Of a stretch of 64,000 nt of DNA, positions 46,657-60,161 are shown in pieces. Source of the DNA: Anthoceros angustus. Its lineage: Eukaryota > Plantae > Anthocerotophyta. The DNA is taken from the NCBI GenBank assembly GCA_010909165.1, contig MU008158.1, positions 3,738,809 through 3,802,808 on the forward strand. The letters are read 5' to 3'. The first letter of the stretch is position 1, and each line of letters opens with the position of its first letter. The translations under genes and the position numbers were made by a program. The notes below the pieces were generated by a model. The model searched no databases and had not been told where the DNA came from. It was given only the letters and a program-made list of their open reading frames with translations.

Positions 46657-49600
46657 ATGAGCCAGGATCCCCTGGACTTGCGAGGATCTTTCATGGCCTT
46701 GTCCGGAGCTCGAGGATGGCGGACGCTACTTCTGCTCCTTCAGCTCCTTGCTCTCTTTCCCCCCACCGTTCGGACTCAAAGTGGTATAGTACACAGAATC
46801 AGAGCCTGTCCCTTCTGCACTTGGCCTCTGCCTGTCTGCTACTAGTACTTTCCATGCTCAGCCTTGCTCAGTCTGTTGCGCAGATCAGGTTTGTGGGTTC
46901 CGTGCTAGCTAGTCTGGGGATGGGATCCGGTGACGTAGATTTAGCAAAACATTTCAAGGTGTTTGTTGTGATGCAAGGCTTTACCAGTGTCAACTGTGGA
47001 GGAGGCCCGGGTGGGAGTTTCATCGATCCGGGCACGGGTATCATGTGGCAAACAGATGATGGCAACTTCGTTGCTACAGGCGAGACTGCCTTTCCACACC
47101 TCTCCGCCAACCTCGCTGGCGTTTTGCCACAGGAAATGCAGACGCTCAGGTTCTTTCCCAGCTACACCAAGAATTGCTATGTCATTCCCACGCAAGCCAC
47201 TTTTTCCCACCTCATTCGAGTCGGCTTTTTCTACGGCAATTACGACGGCAAGGCTTCATCACAGATCCAATTCAATGTATAATCCCTGCTGCCCTGCTGC
47301 CCTGCTGCACAGCTGCACAGCTGCACAGCAGCAACGCCTCAAGGCCTGGCCTGCAACTCTTCCTGCTTCTCTTCACACTTTCGTGAATGTGATATTAGAT
47401 GATCCGGTGTGTGCAATGCATGATGCAGCTTTCTTTGGACAGCACGGCGTGGGAAACAGTGACTCTAACATATGACCCTGCCGGAGGTAATGCCCCTCGG
47501 TACTTCGAGGCCATAACGTCCAACGCCACATCCACCAACATTTCGGTCTGCTTGATCAAGTCGGGTGTGGATACCCCATTTATCAATTCTTTGGAGGCAA
47601 GGTTGATAAGCTCCGAATATGTGTACTCCGGCAGCTTTTCCGACCTTGTAAACCTACATCTTGTCGGCAGAGCCAACTTCGGAGAGCCGACCACTACTTA
47701 CAGGTACTATATTGCCTGCAGGTGCTGAACAAAAGTTTGATTCTCAAAGAATCTTCCAGATGGAGCTTGAGTTGGTCGGAATCTGGTTGTCTCCCCAGGC
47801 TGAAGTTGCATCTCACAGGTATCCAGATGATCTTTGGGATAGAAGGTGGCCCCCGTACGTTGAAGAGTTTCCACAGCTCTCACAGCTGGAAACTCTCAGT
47901 GCTCCATCTGGTCAGGCCATCAACAACAGCGGCGACTTCTCCAGGGATCAGCCTCCCAGCATTGTTATGGCCACAGCGGTTCAAGGAGATTCCATCTCTT
48001 ACTCTCGTCGAATGCCTGCCACTGATTTTTTCTGCGCTTATCAATACTTTGCGGAGCTTGCAACATTAAGTGTCTTTGGCAGGTAGCTGTGTGTCTGATG
48101 CCTCTACTGTGTGGAACCAGTTAATGACGTGGCCATCAGTCCAGCCCAATTCTCACCCGTGTGCACTGGATTCGTGACTGACCAACTGTGCAGCCGCTAT
48201 ATCAACTGGACGACTAACATCATGACAGGCCCTCCGGCTGTGATAAACCTTACCTCTATCCCCTCTTTCACCACATATGAGTATGGATATCAGCAAGCCT
48301 ATACGACTGGTTCCGTGCTCATGTATACGCTTATGCCCAACTTCCAGTCAACACTTGGGGCGATTCTGAACGCCGATGAGATGTACGGTGTTCAACCTGT
48401 TGCAGCAGGCACGAGCTCATTGGACGGTACGTCTTTCCGTCACAGGACCATCTGCTAAGTGTGCGTGTGTCTGCCTGCAGTCATCCTGTATGCGTCGTCA
48501 TTTGATGCTTCGTGGGGCACGTTTCTTCCAGTGCTGGCGCTGTCAAGGATAAGCAGTGTTCTGGGTCTAAGGCAATGGGTGGGTGATCCCTGCTTACCAG
48601 TCTCCTGGGACGAATTGAAGTGTTCCTTACCTGTTGACCTACCTCCAAAAGTTGTCAGCATGTAAGCCCAGACCCACAGGCCAGCACGGCTGTAGTCTAA
48701 GCTTGCCAATCTTCTGTTGTAGCTGGCAGGGATTGTTTCTCACCGCATTTGGTGCTTCTCTGCAGAGACTTGTCCAACCACAATCTCTCTGGCCCTCTTC
48801 CTGCAGGCTTTGGAAACTTACCATCACTGGATACCCTGTAAGTTTGCACCGCAGGGTCCCTGTTTCGGAACTGGCTTTTACGTGCATGATGGTTTTGGCT
48901 CATATGTTTGCGATCCCTACAGTTTACTAAACGACAACTCTCTTTCGGGTCCTCTTCCTCTCGACTTCGCCAGTCTGACCAATCTTCGGATTTTGTAAGT
49001 CGGTCTGCTTTGTGTCTAATTTGTGATTCCAGATGCTTGCTTGAATCATGTTTCTGTGTATGGTGAGGTGCAGCTGCGGATCTCACATTCATCTCTTCTC
49101 ACTGGTTGCTGCTGTGTAGAAACCTGGGGAACAATAGCTTCAGCGGTCCTTTTCCAATCCTCCTCACCAACCTGAGGAATCTTACCTCGCTGTGCGTTCA
49201 AATACAACCTTGTTATGCCAGTTGCTGACCTTTGCTGAGATACTTGTTGCTCCAACGGCCCAATACACAAACTCAGTTGTGGACTGCGAATGCAGGGATG
49301 TTTCGAACAACAACTTTTATGGAACCTTTCCAGATACCTTGCTTCGTATAAACTTCAGGTGAGAATGTTGTTCTTTCAAGGCAGATATGATGTCATTGTG
49401 CCTCTTCACCCATGTGCGAACTCAAAGCTGGGCTGTGGTGACATGTTCATGTTGGTAGGTACGCTGGGAACCCGCTACTAAGCTGTTCTGGCCCTACCTG
49501 TCCGGCAGCGCCACCGCCGCCTCCACCACCAGCTCGAGCTCCACCGCCACTATCCAACTCTACTGATAACTCTCCGGGAGGAAAGAAAAAGTCTTCACTA

Positions 49601-51486
49601 GTGGTGATCATTGCTGCAGTGGTGGGCGGCATAGCCATCCTTGCCATCATCATCATTATTGCTCTAGGAGCCTACTGCTGCTGCACAAGGAGGCCAGATC
49701 AAGCTGGCACAAGGGCTATTGAAGCATCTGTTTTCGCGGTCTCTGCTGCCTCCTCACCTAGAAATGTTCAAGCTGCCTCCTCACCAAGAAGTGTTCAAGC
49801 TGCCTCCTCCCCGAGAAGCCTCACACCTGCCTCCCCCCCTCGAAAGCTGCCTCCATTTGGTACATAGAACTAGTCAGTCTGCATGTGGCTGCTCTTGTTT
49901 GCCTTCCGTCAGATATTCTAGCATTTCACACTTTGTTATTGTGGCGTCTACAGTATCGGCTGGACCAACGAAGACTGGTGGCACTAACTCTCCAGGCTCT
50001 GCTCTTTTCCCTCTTCCTACTGTCGTAATTGCAAAAGGCAAGGCACAACCATTGCCGCTGTCAGCCATTAGGAATGCCACATCCAACTTTTCCACAAAGA
50101 TTGGCGAAGGAAGCTTCGGCTCTGTTTTCAGTGGGCAGCTGGTGGACGGAAACCAGAAAGTGGACGTTGCCGTGAAAGTACTCTCATCGACATCTGCCCA
50201 GGGAGAGAAGCAATTTTCAACTGAGGTGCATTAAGCTTCGGCTCTGCTTCCTGTTTGTAGCATGGAACACCTGTGTTCCCAACGCCTGTGAAATTGCATG
50301 TTGTTGTACATGTACTGACGGAGCTAGCTGTTTCGATGCTGTTTCCTCTGAACAGATCGAGTTCCTTTCCATGCTGCACCACAAGAACCTTGTTCAAATC
50401 ATTGGCTTCTGCCAGCATGGACCAGAACGCATTCTTGTCTATGAATATATGGCAGGGCGAGATCTTGGAACACGTTTGCATGGTGACATCTTCGTATCTG
50501 TTCCACCCGTTTGTCTGATGTTGCTTTGGCCTGAGTAGTACGCTGCCAGATAAGTGCACTCTGTATGTCTGATGAACACATGTGTATACATCACGTTTTG
50601 AGGTATGCAGGCCCAGAGGCTGCAGCGAATCCACTTAACTGGGAACAGAGGCTTCAGATAGCGTTGGATGCTGCTCAAGGTACCCATGTCTTAAGGAGAC
50701 TGTGCTGCTGCATGCCACCTCCAATACGCTAAAAATTCTGACGATGGTCTGTGGTGCATGTGCGCGCGCCTGTAGGACTGGAGTATTTGCACCACCTTTG
50801 CAGCCCCAGCATCGTCCACAGGGACGTGAAGAGTAGTAATATCCTGCTGGGCAAGACGCTGGAAGCAAAAGTGGCCGACTTTGGGCTGTCGAAGATGATC
50901 TCCCAAGACGGGGAGATGACTGCTGATACAACCATTGTGAAGGCAGGCACTGTTGGGCATGAATACATTGACCCACAGTACATACTCAACCCTGCCTCTC
51001 GTCCGGTATACTACTTCCATGTTCGATGCGTTGCCTGTTTGACACCATAGTGGAAATCCTCAGGTTCTTCACCACGAACAGCATCACTCGAGAAAGTGAT
51101 GTGTTCAGCTATGGGGTGATACTCATGGAAATCATCACTGGGCGATCACCTATCATGGCACCCAATTCAAACGCGGCACCACTGGTTGGATGGGTAAGCC
51201 AAGTCAGTCCTTTTGCTGCAACTCCTGTTTTGAACCATATCATCACATGTCTACAGACCAGCTTGCTAACCTCGTGGTGTCTGCTTAGGTTCGGACATTA
51301 GTAACAAAGGCAGATCTGACTGCCATCGTGGATCCTTTGCTGGCACATCAGTATGATAGCCCGAGCATGTGGGAGGTGATTGAAATCGCTCTGCGATGCA
51401 CAGATGCCTTCCGTAGCAACCGGCCAACCATGGTCGAGGTTGCTCGGGATCTGGCTCAGCTGGTTAAGCAACTAAAACATGGATGA
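46657..51486 (+). CDS. Malectin-like domain LRR receptor-like kinase 4; multi-exon
   Basis: Signal peptide; GFTSVNCGG; [13 protein letters not shown]; [10 protein letters not shown]; WVGDPCLP; four LRR exons; poly-Pro stalk; [30 protein letters not shown]; [32 protein letters not shown]. Alternative start at 46693. Confidence 0.92.
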
Positions 51487-53199
51487 CAGGATCTCAAGAA
51501 GGAGTCCCACGTACAAGGAGTAGACAAGAGGCATTACCCAAATACTTCCCGCGGTGGAAAGAGGCTGAAGCCACACCGTAGGCGTGGACAGTGATCACCT
51601 TGCTCCGGGCTATGGAGCACCATGCGTAAGGAACTTGCGGACCTAGGTTTGAGGCAAGACTACAATTCTATGGGAGGCCCCGAGGATTGAGCGGGGTATA
51701 GGATGTAGAGAAGCCTTTTGTCCGCTTGCCAGACAGTGTGGAATTTTCATTTGTGTCGAACTGAAACATGAGCCAGTGCTGGTTTTGTTTTTGGTCAGAT
51801 GTGTGACCTCCTCTGTGAAGTAATCCTCCCAATCACATGATCAAGAAGATGGCCTGGAGCGGGCATGCAGGCTTTGCAGTCGCGCGAGGCCTGAATGGTT
51901 GTACTCATCTCCCACAGAGGCCTGCTGAAGGTTTGTTGACGGCATACTGAAGGCCTATGCAAGGCTCTTTCTCCGATGTGCCGTACTCTGTGGCTCAGGT
52001 TGTGGTTCGCGATCTGTGGCTCACGTTGAGGTTCGCGAGATATGGGTGCGTGCAAGGATGTGTAAGGGCCAATATTTCGACAACCCTAACAAAGAAAACC
52101 ATGCGTATTGCACGCAAAACAGATTCTTGACATACCTTCGGACGACATCAGTACAGACGACTGGGCACAGCCCCTGGCCGATGTTAAGTGCATGACCTAA
52201 GAGTCTTCCTACCGTCACCTTCGATAAAAACCCTTGGTGGCGTGGCCCCGTGACGACTTCGATATTCCATACATAGTGAGCACGTTGATATGGAATACCG
52301 TTCTGGTCAGCGGATTCGTGTGTGTGACTTTGTTCTTTTTGGGTGTACTCTACGGAAATATGCCATGGCATCTTTAAGATTCTCACGTACAATACACATA
52401 TAATACGTGCCACATCAGCTTTGGTAGGTTCGTATGCGGGGCAAAAACTTTGTATGTGTGGACGAAGGAAGAATGGTAGACTCCCCTTAGGGAGGTAATA
52501 GGATTTTTTTTGTTTTTTCTATGTGTTTGGTGTAAGGAATAAAGCGGAAGATGAGGGAAATAAGGTTGAGCAATAAGGTTGAGCAGACCCATCCGTGGTG
52601 GTCAAGGAAGGCGGGGAAGGGGGACCTCACTGGGCAGCGTCGGGAACTCCGGAGCGACTCCGGAGGAACTCCGATGGCCGATCGGGGTGACTTGGGGAAT
52701 GGGCGTGGGGGCGTAATTGGTAAGCAGGACACGTGGACGGTGCCGAGTGGAGGACTCACATGTAGCAGACCAGGGCCGCAAAGTTGTCAGCAGCCGTTAT
52801 AGGCAGGCAGCCACGACCCAAGAACATGCGCCAAGAAGGCGGCGGGCATGAAGTTACGGTACAGGATGCAAGACTGCAGCAGTGCAGGTGAAGGACACCT
52901 TCCCGCACATCGACACGCCCGGCCCGCCATCGAGAAAGTCATCTTCTCGTGCAACCTCGGCAGTTCTCTCAGTCGCTCGCGCTTAGGCACCCTGCTCTTT
53001 GGCGCCTTCTCTTTCGAGGTTCGAGCGCACCGCCCGGTGGCCTTCGACTCTTTCCGCCGCGCCAATTCCTCCCAAGATTAGGAGCGCAACGGAGAGGATC
53101 ACCGCCCGCCCTACCTCAACAGCAGAACTAGCGGCGAGCGCACATAGGGCCCAAGAAAGCGGTGGAGGTCTTGGAGCCCTAGCGCCTGGTGGAGAAGAA

Positions 53200-56100
53200 T
53201 ATAGTGGCGCTACCCCGACTTCGGCCCCTAGCTCGAGGAAGTGGGTGCGCTTGTGCAGGAGTGGCACCTGGACATCTTCCAAGCAATATGGACCTACGAT
53301 GTGCTCGGGTCCGAGAATGCTGGAAGATCTCGGCGATGGAAAGTGACAGGCCGTCGTCAAAAGCTTGAGGGAGGACCCGAGGCGATGGACAGTGGAGGTC
53401 CTTCGCGCAGTATACAACCGGCCGACGGAGGAAGTTGGGGGAGTAGTGCCGGAGCCTCTGAAGGTAAAGGGAAGATTGGAGGCAGCCAAGGCGGCTCTGT
53501 TGAAGCGCGGGACCCAGAGGTCCTCCAACGGGTGGCTGATGTCGGACCTGTTGGACCGGCGGGTGAGGGCAGTGGCAAAAATCATTGTCCACTGGAACAT
53601 GCTCACCAAGGTGCACATAAGGATAACTGTCTAGTGTTCCTACATGCTCTCCTGAGGGGCAAGAGGGCCCTCCTGGGGACGGATCGCCGGATAGAGCCTT
53701 AAGGTCCCAAGATCGAGTGGCCTCCCCTCGTGTCGCCCCCTTCATCTTGCATGTCTAGGGACACCACAACCTCTTAAAGGAGGAGGAGGAACGAGCACTC
53801 CGGCGGGGGCTGGCCACCTTACCGGAGGGAGAGTGGGATGGAGGGGCGCAGGACCCGGACAGCCAACCGGTTGAGGGGACCAAGACGCGGCGTGTGCAGG
53901 AGGAGGAAGATTGGGAGTACCAATGGCTCCGGTGGTGACAAGGTCCGTCCGAACCCCCCAGTTGAGCCCTGATGGACAAGGACGGAAGGGCAATAGAAGA
54001 AGGGTGGGTGCCCACCCACCACTCCCATGGATACACGGCCCCGCCCCCATGACAACAGAGTGGGCGGAGGCGACTGTAAGGAGGGCGGAGAGAGACGCTG
54101 CTCAAGGCACTGGAGGTCACTGGCAGCAGCCTCATCCGAAGCCAGTTCTCTCCCCTACGAGGAGAGGGAAGAGAGCTAGCTCCCGGACCCCTTCACCCCC
54201 ACTGGACCCCAAGCGACAAAGAGCGAAGAAGGAATTGGCTGCGAAACGAGCCAAGGAGGTGGATGGACCTGCTCCGGACGAATAGGACCTAAGGGTCCTA
54301 GTTGGGTCCGGAGTACCCAACCCGGACCACTCACACAGTCTGTTCGGTCCAACGGACCGGAATGTTCGCGCCGGTGGGGTTTATGGGAGCATGTTACAGA
54401 TGGATAATCGCGTAACCCCGATCACCATTAGTCGACGTAATTACTAGTGTTTAATAATTACGAACGGGTGTGCCTCTTCGGAAGAGACACCCAATGACAC
54501 TATTTAAGACACACTTTGTATACACCTTCTAGGCAGATTAACACGAAATATCTTTCTGAGCATAGCGTCATGATCATGCTAGATTAGATGCAATCCTACT
54601 GCTAGGATTTTCACATGGTATCAGAGCTTTGAACAATCTTGGATGAAAAATGAAGTCAGGCAGGTCCCTCATCCGGGTCCTGATACAGTCCAAGGGTGCT
54701 TAAACCGGGAGTTTCTAGGGAGCCTAGCTACTCCCCTCCTGCTTTCGCAGCTTGTTTAGTTTTTGCAAGCCCGCAGATATCAACAGTCAGGAGTTCAAAT
54801 GAACTTAAAAAACAACAACGGGAGAGGCGCCTCTCCTTTCGCGACTGTAACGAAACTTCCCAGCGGCATGCGATCGATGGCGAGGCGAAGATTCGGCACC
54901 AGCTTCCCGGCCCTCGAGTGCATGCCTGGGCTGGCTACGTGCCTTCCGCCCAATTTGTGGCTGCCACTCATCGTCGCTCGAGGCGAAAGAGACAAGTTGA
55001 CGAGCAGCAGCAATTTCAAGCGGAATTGCGACCACTCACCCTAGTTCCCTCTTCCGAGGCGCGGCTACACCGCAGCCCGGGGTTGGACAAGCTGATCCGG
55101 AGAGGGATCGCCGCGCGCCTGCCGTCATAATCGGCGACAATCGAATTCTGCATCGAATTTCCACAATTTTCCCCCTTTTTTTTCACGGCACGCACCTCCT
55201 CAGTCGATTTTGCAAAAGTTTTGGCTGAGCAAGATTGTTCAAGCTCAATTTTGGACAAAGAAACTATGATTTCCTCTCGATATGTAGCCCGGGCGCCCAA
55301 GGATCACTCACTACGGCCTTCGAATTCTAATTCACCAAGAGGAGCGGAGGCAACCCCCGGCCGCATGGAGGCTGCAGCCTCCCCATACGAGCGCACGCAG
55401 CGCAACCGCCGCCTGTGCGGATCCCGGAACAAGCGCGCGCACGGCGCGCGATCACGGGAGGGGTGTCGCCCGCGAAGCAGGGTGCCCGTGGCGGCGCACC
55501 GCTCAACGGAACGGCGTGCCCATTCCTCCAACGGGTGTCACCCCCGTTACTTCTCCAACGGGCCTAATATCTTTTTATCCTTGACTGTTTTTTCCCTTGG
55601 GTACTGGTGTAAAAACAGGAGGAAGGAAGAGAAAAAGGAAGGGAGAACTCTCACATGAGAGATTAAAAGCTAGCAAGAGAGGGATACCCATTTTCTCCAG
55701 ATCTCCCGACTCTTTCGGATATTGACTGCTCTTGATTTTATGACCACGACGGGGGCTTGTGGACCAGCTTATACAGCACTTCAACTCGCTTTCTATTAAC
55801 CCACCTGCTACCATGGCCAGCACCTCCTCCTTCGCCCTTACAGGCTCGAATCCCATCTTCACCGACCACATTAGAGAGAAAGACCGATTCAACGGCCAAC
55901 ACTACCCTGTGTGGCGCGTTCGGATGAAGTCGATCCTTATTGGTCGAGGCGTTTGGAAGCTTATCGACGGCACTCTTCCAAAGCCCAATCACGCAGCAGT
56001 TCCACAGCCTTCTGCTGCAGACATTGAGAAATGGGAGTACTTGAACGGGATAGCTGTGGCACTCTTGATCAGCGGCCTGGATTCGAGTCTTGTGCCTAGT

Positions 56101-58750
56101 GTCGAATTTCTCTCAGATGCATCCTCCATCTGGGACCAGTTGTCTAAAACATACAATGTTAACAATGTTCTAACCTTATGCGATTGTCTGGCGAATTCAA
56201 CTCCTTAAGGATGAAGGAGACCTGACGCGTACGCCCACACCTCGAAGTTCGTGACACAGGGCAGCCTCGCCTCCTTGGCTCAACCATGTCGGAGACCGAT
56301 GCCGCTGCACAGCTGCTAATGAGCTTACCACCGTCTTATCAAAATTTCGTGACCAGCCTGATGTTGGTATCAACTCATGGTAAGTCAGGTACACCCTCCA
56401 CCCTTACAGTGGAGGACATTATCGGCGCTCTGTATCAGCAGGAGCAGAGCCACCTTAGCTCTGCAGGAGGATCCAAGCCCGAGGCAGACAAGGCGTTTTC
56501 CACTCGCTTCAAGCCCGGGAAGAACTTGAAGGGCAAGGCGAACTTCACCCCTAAAGGTGAATCAACCTCTACCCCTCCTAGCCGAGCTGGAAACTGCAAT
56601 TGGTGCGGAGCTGCCGGCCATTGGGCACGAGAGTGCCGCAAGAAAGAGGCCGGAGAGTTGAAGGGTGACCAGACAAAAGGCATTGCGATTAAAGGAACGC
56701 CAATGGAGGCGAACCGTAAAGATACTTACGGTTTGCCTCAACACCCAGTTGCATCAGGATGCGGGGTGGTATCTGGACAGTGGAGCCACCGCCCACATAT
56801 GCAACGATCGTACTCTATTCACCAAGTTGGATACTCGTCCTCTCAGGGAAAGGGTGTTACTCGGTGATGAATAGAGTAGATCCAGCCTGCCAATCATGGG
56901 ACAAGGCACTTGTGAATTTCCCCTAGAGGACAGTTCGGTGCTTACCTTGGAGCCTGTGCTCCTCATCCCACAGATGGGCAAGAACCTGGTCTCCATGACT
57001 CAGCTGCTGAAGCAAGGCGATCTTAAGATGCTTGCTTCAAGGGGGTCATGCTACTTTTTCGGGACCACAAATCCTGACTTGTGCCTCTCTTGCCGTGCCT
57101 CAAGGCGGCTGTCACGAGCTCATTAGCCTCGTGAGGAGCGCACCAAAGAGGAGCGTCGCGCTCCATGGGAGATGGACTCCACCACTGGTCAGGTCACGTC
57201 CAGCTTAAGAGGAAGTGTTACGGAATGGATAATCTGCCCATAACCCTGTCGACCAGCTAGTTCCAGAGACCGTAATTATGATTTAATAATCTGACGGGTG
57301 CCTCTTCGGAAGAGACACCCAATGACACTATTTAAGACACACTTTGTATACATCTTCCAGGCAGATTAACACGAACTATCTTTCTGAGCATGGCGTCTTG
57401 ATCATGCTAGATTAGATGCAATTCTACTGCTAGGATTTTCACAGAGCATCGCCGGTCGCGGCCGTGGAGGAGACAAGGCGGGTCTTGGCGGCCGTTGTGG
57501 ATGGCATGTTGTGGGGGGTCTACGGTACCGCAGAGAGGACGCAGGAAGTGGAAGCCACCCGGAGAAGTGTAACTCCGAGGCGGATGAGCGGCCGTAAGGC
57601 GGAATCCACAGCCTGGATCAAGATGAGGCGGCGAAAAAGGCAAGGTCCATCAGATAGGGCTCGGGTGCTTCAACCGTATGAACAGTTGAAGCACGCTCAG
57701 GAGGGTCAGGCACGAACAGAGGCCTTGAGCCATCAAAAGGAGGAAGCGAGGGTGGCAGCAGATGTTGCGTGACAGCAGACGGAGGATGCTCGCGACTCGG
57801 TAGAGGCCACATGAAGGGAGGAGAGCAAGGCTCTGGAGGCTCAACTAAAGGGAGCCAAGAAAAGCGGCCAACGCCAAGAGATCGAGACTACTAGGCTGCA
57901 GAACTTGGAACCTGAGGAGGCGGCCGAGGCCTAAAGGAGGAGGCAAAGGCAGGGATAAAACGCCAGGCCCATGAAGTAAATGCAAGAGCGGCTGAGGGAG
58001 ACGGGAGATCTCCAGATGCAGCTTCATGAGATGGACGAGGTGCGCAAGGAGCTATAGGGCCAGAAGGAGACCTTGGAGCTATGGCTCTGGGTGGTGGAGG
58101 AGAGAAACGGGATCCTCCAGGGTCTGATTGGGGACAATGAGCGGGAGGTAGAAAGACTCCAACTTTGCCTTAGGGTGGAGGAGAGCCATCGGCGAAGCAA
58201 GGAATTAGATGTCGCGGAGCTTCAGAAGGAGCCGACCGATGCCAACCGCCTAAAAGAACTCCCGGACCGGCTGGAGAGGGAGATGGAAGTCCTGAGCTAG
58301 AGGGTGACGAACCAGCAGCAACAGAGGAACGAAGAGCAGAAGTTGTTGGTCCATCTGCGAAGGGCGGAAGGGGAATCCCCAGTCTTGGCGGGCCAATTGG
58401 CCGCTCTACGGAGCGAACAGGAAACAGAGCGGGCCAACGAGAAGCGACGGCTTCAGGAGCTGGCGGAAGCTTCTATAACGGCTTCCAGAGATGCTGCAAA
58501 GGCCCGGCTAGAGGGCCTGGGGGATGGAACGGCCCAATGGGCGGACGAGCACGCTCGATTACCGGAGAAACTCTGGAGGCGGGAATACCGAGTCCTTAGG
58601 GCCCATCTGGCGGAGGCCATTCAAGCAGTCACCGCGGTGGGGGTCCGCGCAGGGTTCGGACTTGGGGTCCGGACTTGGGGTCCGGACTTGGGGTCCGGAC
58701 TTGGGGGTCCGGATACCGGAGGCGGGTTCGGACTTGGGGTTCCAAACCCC
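53200..58750 (+). mobile_element. Degenerate TE-associated accessory ORF (globular region plus long coiled coil), interrupted by the nested LTR element
   Basis: GC-rich, intronless + strand frame with many stops on both sides of the insertion (REDPRRWTVEVLRAVYN...; E/R/A-rich coiled coil at 57460-58600). Resembles accessory ORFs of large gypsy elements; host termini not found. Confidence 0.45.
54392..57443 (+). mobile_element. Non-autonomous copia-type LTR element with gag+protease only (TR-GAG-like), 3052 bp
   Basis: LTRs 54392-54615 and 57216-57443 (TG...CA); TSD GAGCA (54387-91, 57444-48); PBS TGGTATCAGAGC at 54616; PPT AAGAGGAAG at 57207-15; gag DRFNGQHYPVWRVRM, CNWCGAAGHWAREC; protease WYLDSGATAHI; no IN, RT or RH. 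Confidence 0.95.
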
Positions 58751-58812
58751 TGAGGAAAGACCGGACTTAGAGGGCCGGATTCGGAGGTGAGGCCGGACTT
58801 GGAGGTCCGAGC
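58652..58812 (+). repeat. 13-bp minisatellite (GGACTTGGGGTCC)n
   Basis: Four near-perfect tandem units at 58658-58710 plus degenerate copies to ~58810. Confidence 0.92.
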
Positions 58813-59154
58813 CCCTGATATGAGGACGGACCCAGTAGTCCGCATCCGGTATATGGATGTGGAGTGTCGTTAGTACATAAAATAGAGATTGGGGCGACGA
58901 AGCTGCGGAGCGGAGGAGGCAGCAAGGCTGCAAGAAGAGCTGGCCAAGCTCACCGTAGACATTGAGGCAGCTGGCGCACCCGGAAGAGGAAGAGGGTGTG
59001 GGCGGGAGGGGTAGTAGACCGAATGGTGGTCGGTGCCCGTGCAAACAAGCCGAGGAGAGTCTTAGGGGCGGTCCGATCCTAACGCAGTGTGAATGGCAGC
59101 ACAAACTGGATAACCATGTTTTTCATGTGGAAATCATATGGCGCCATGGCCCGT

Positions 59155-60050
59155 GCAGTCGGCCATGGAAAAAACCATACGAAAATAATATCCTCAATGG
59201 TATGTATTCTTATTTTTATTTTTTATGTGTTCTACATTATTTTTGTTTGAGTCCTACAAAGAGCTCATATATTACCCATGAAAGGACAATATACTCATGT
59301 TATAAATGTCATTCGGTGTCTATGTAGTTTACTTATTTCAATATATAGGTGCTCTTATATGGAATCTCTTATGAATCTACGTAAAAATGAATATAAAAAT
59401 GAATATAAAAATAATTACATTCCTAAATTTTATGCCTTTCATACCAGTCTTATATGCATATTTATGAAGTAAATTTATTTTTTAATAATTAAATATTTTT
59501 ACTTTATAAAAATTATCTAATAATATAAAAACATGAATAAGTACATCCAATAAAATTCATATGTAATTTAATACCTGTATCATGTGTAAAATAATATAGA
59601 GAGCATGTAGATAGGGTCCACACAGTCGGCCATGAAAAGAGGGCATGAATATAATATCCTGTCAATTTATGATTTATGTTATTCCTTGTAAAGTCTTTGT
59701 ACCCATTTGCTTTTGAGTACTACAAAGAACTTGTAAATTACTCATGAAGCTATGAGTATGCTAAATGCATGTACTTTCTTTATATCAAAATATATGTACG
59801 CTTATATGAAATCGGTATGGGATATACACATCATGCACTAATGGCTATGATTCGTATATGCCTTTCACAATTCCTTTCTGAATATCTAACACCTTCGTTC
59901 TAAATTTCTATCATGAATATATTTCTATATTTTATACCAATAAATTACAAATAATAATCTATAATACAAATAATTCGATTAAATACAAAATATTTTATAA
60001 TTTTAAAACAATACAATCATTAAACAATTACAACATTCAGCTTTATGTGA
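59155..60050. repeat. Degenerate ~468-bp AT-rich tandem repeat, 2 copies
   Basis: cagtcggccatg...ataatatcct at 59156 and 59623; tttgagt.ctacaaaga....ttac.catgaa recurs at a similar offset. Confidence 0.7.
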
Positions 60051-60161
60051 ATCCAATCTAAGGCTTTTTGTGCACGATTCTCCCCGCTCGAGCTACTCGA
60101 GACCATGATCCCTCCCCATCAATAGGAACTCACAGGTCAAAGTTTTCTTGCAGGGTGCGCC

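Noticed and set aside
52061-52500. Possible LTR and PBS of the host element (TGTAAGG..., TGGTAGACTCCCC)
   Set aside because: No partner LTR or TSD in the window, and no tRNA match I can identify.
58652-58812. CRISPR-like array (also 16575-16810 and 63679-63749 repeats)
   Set aside because: Eukaryotic context, no unique regular spacers and no cas genes; these are simple repeats.
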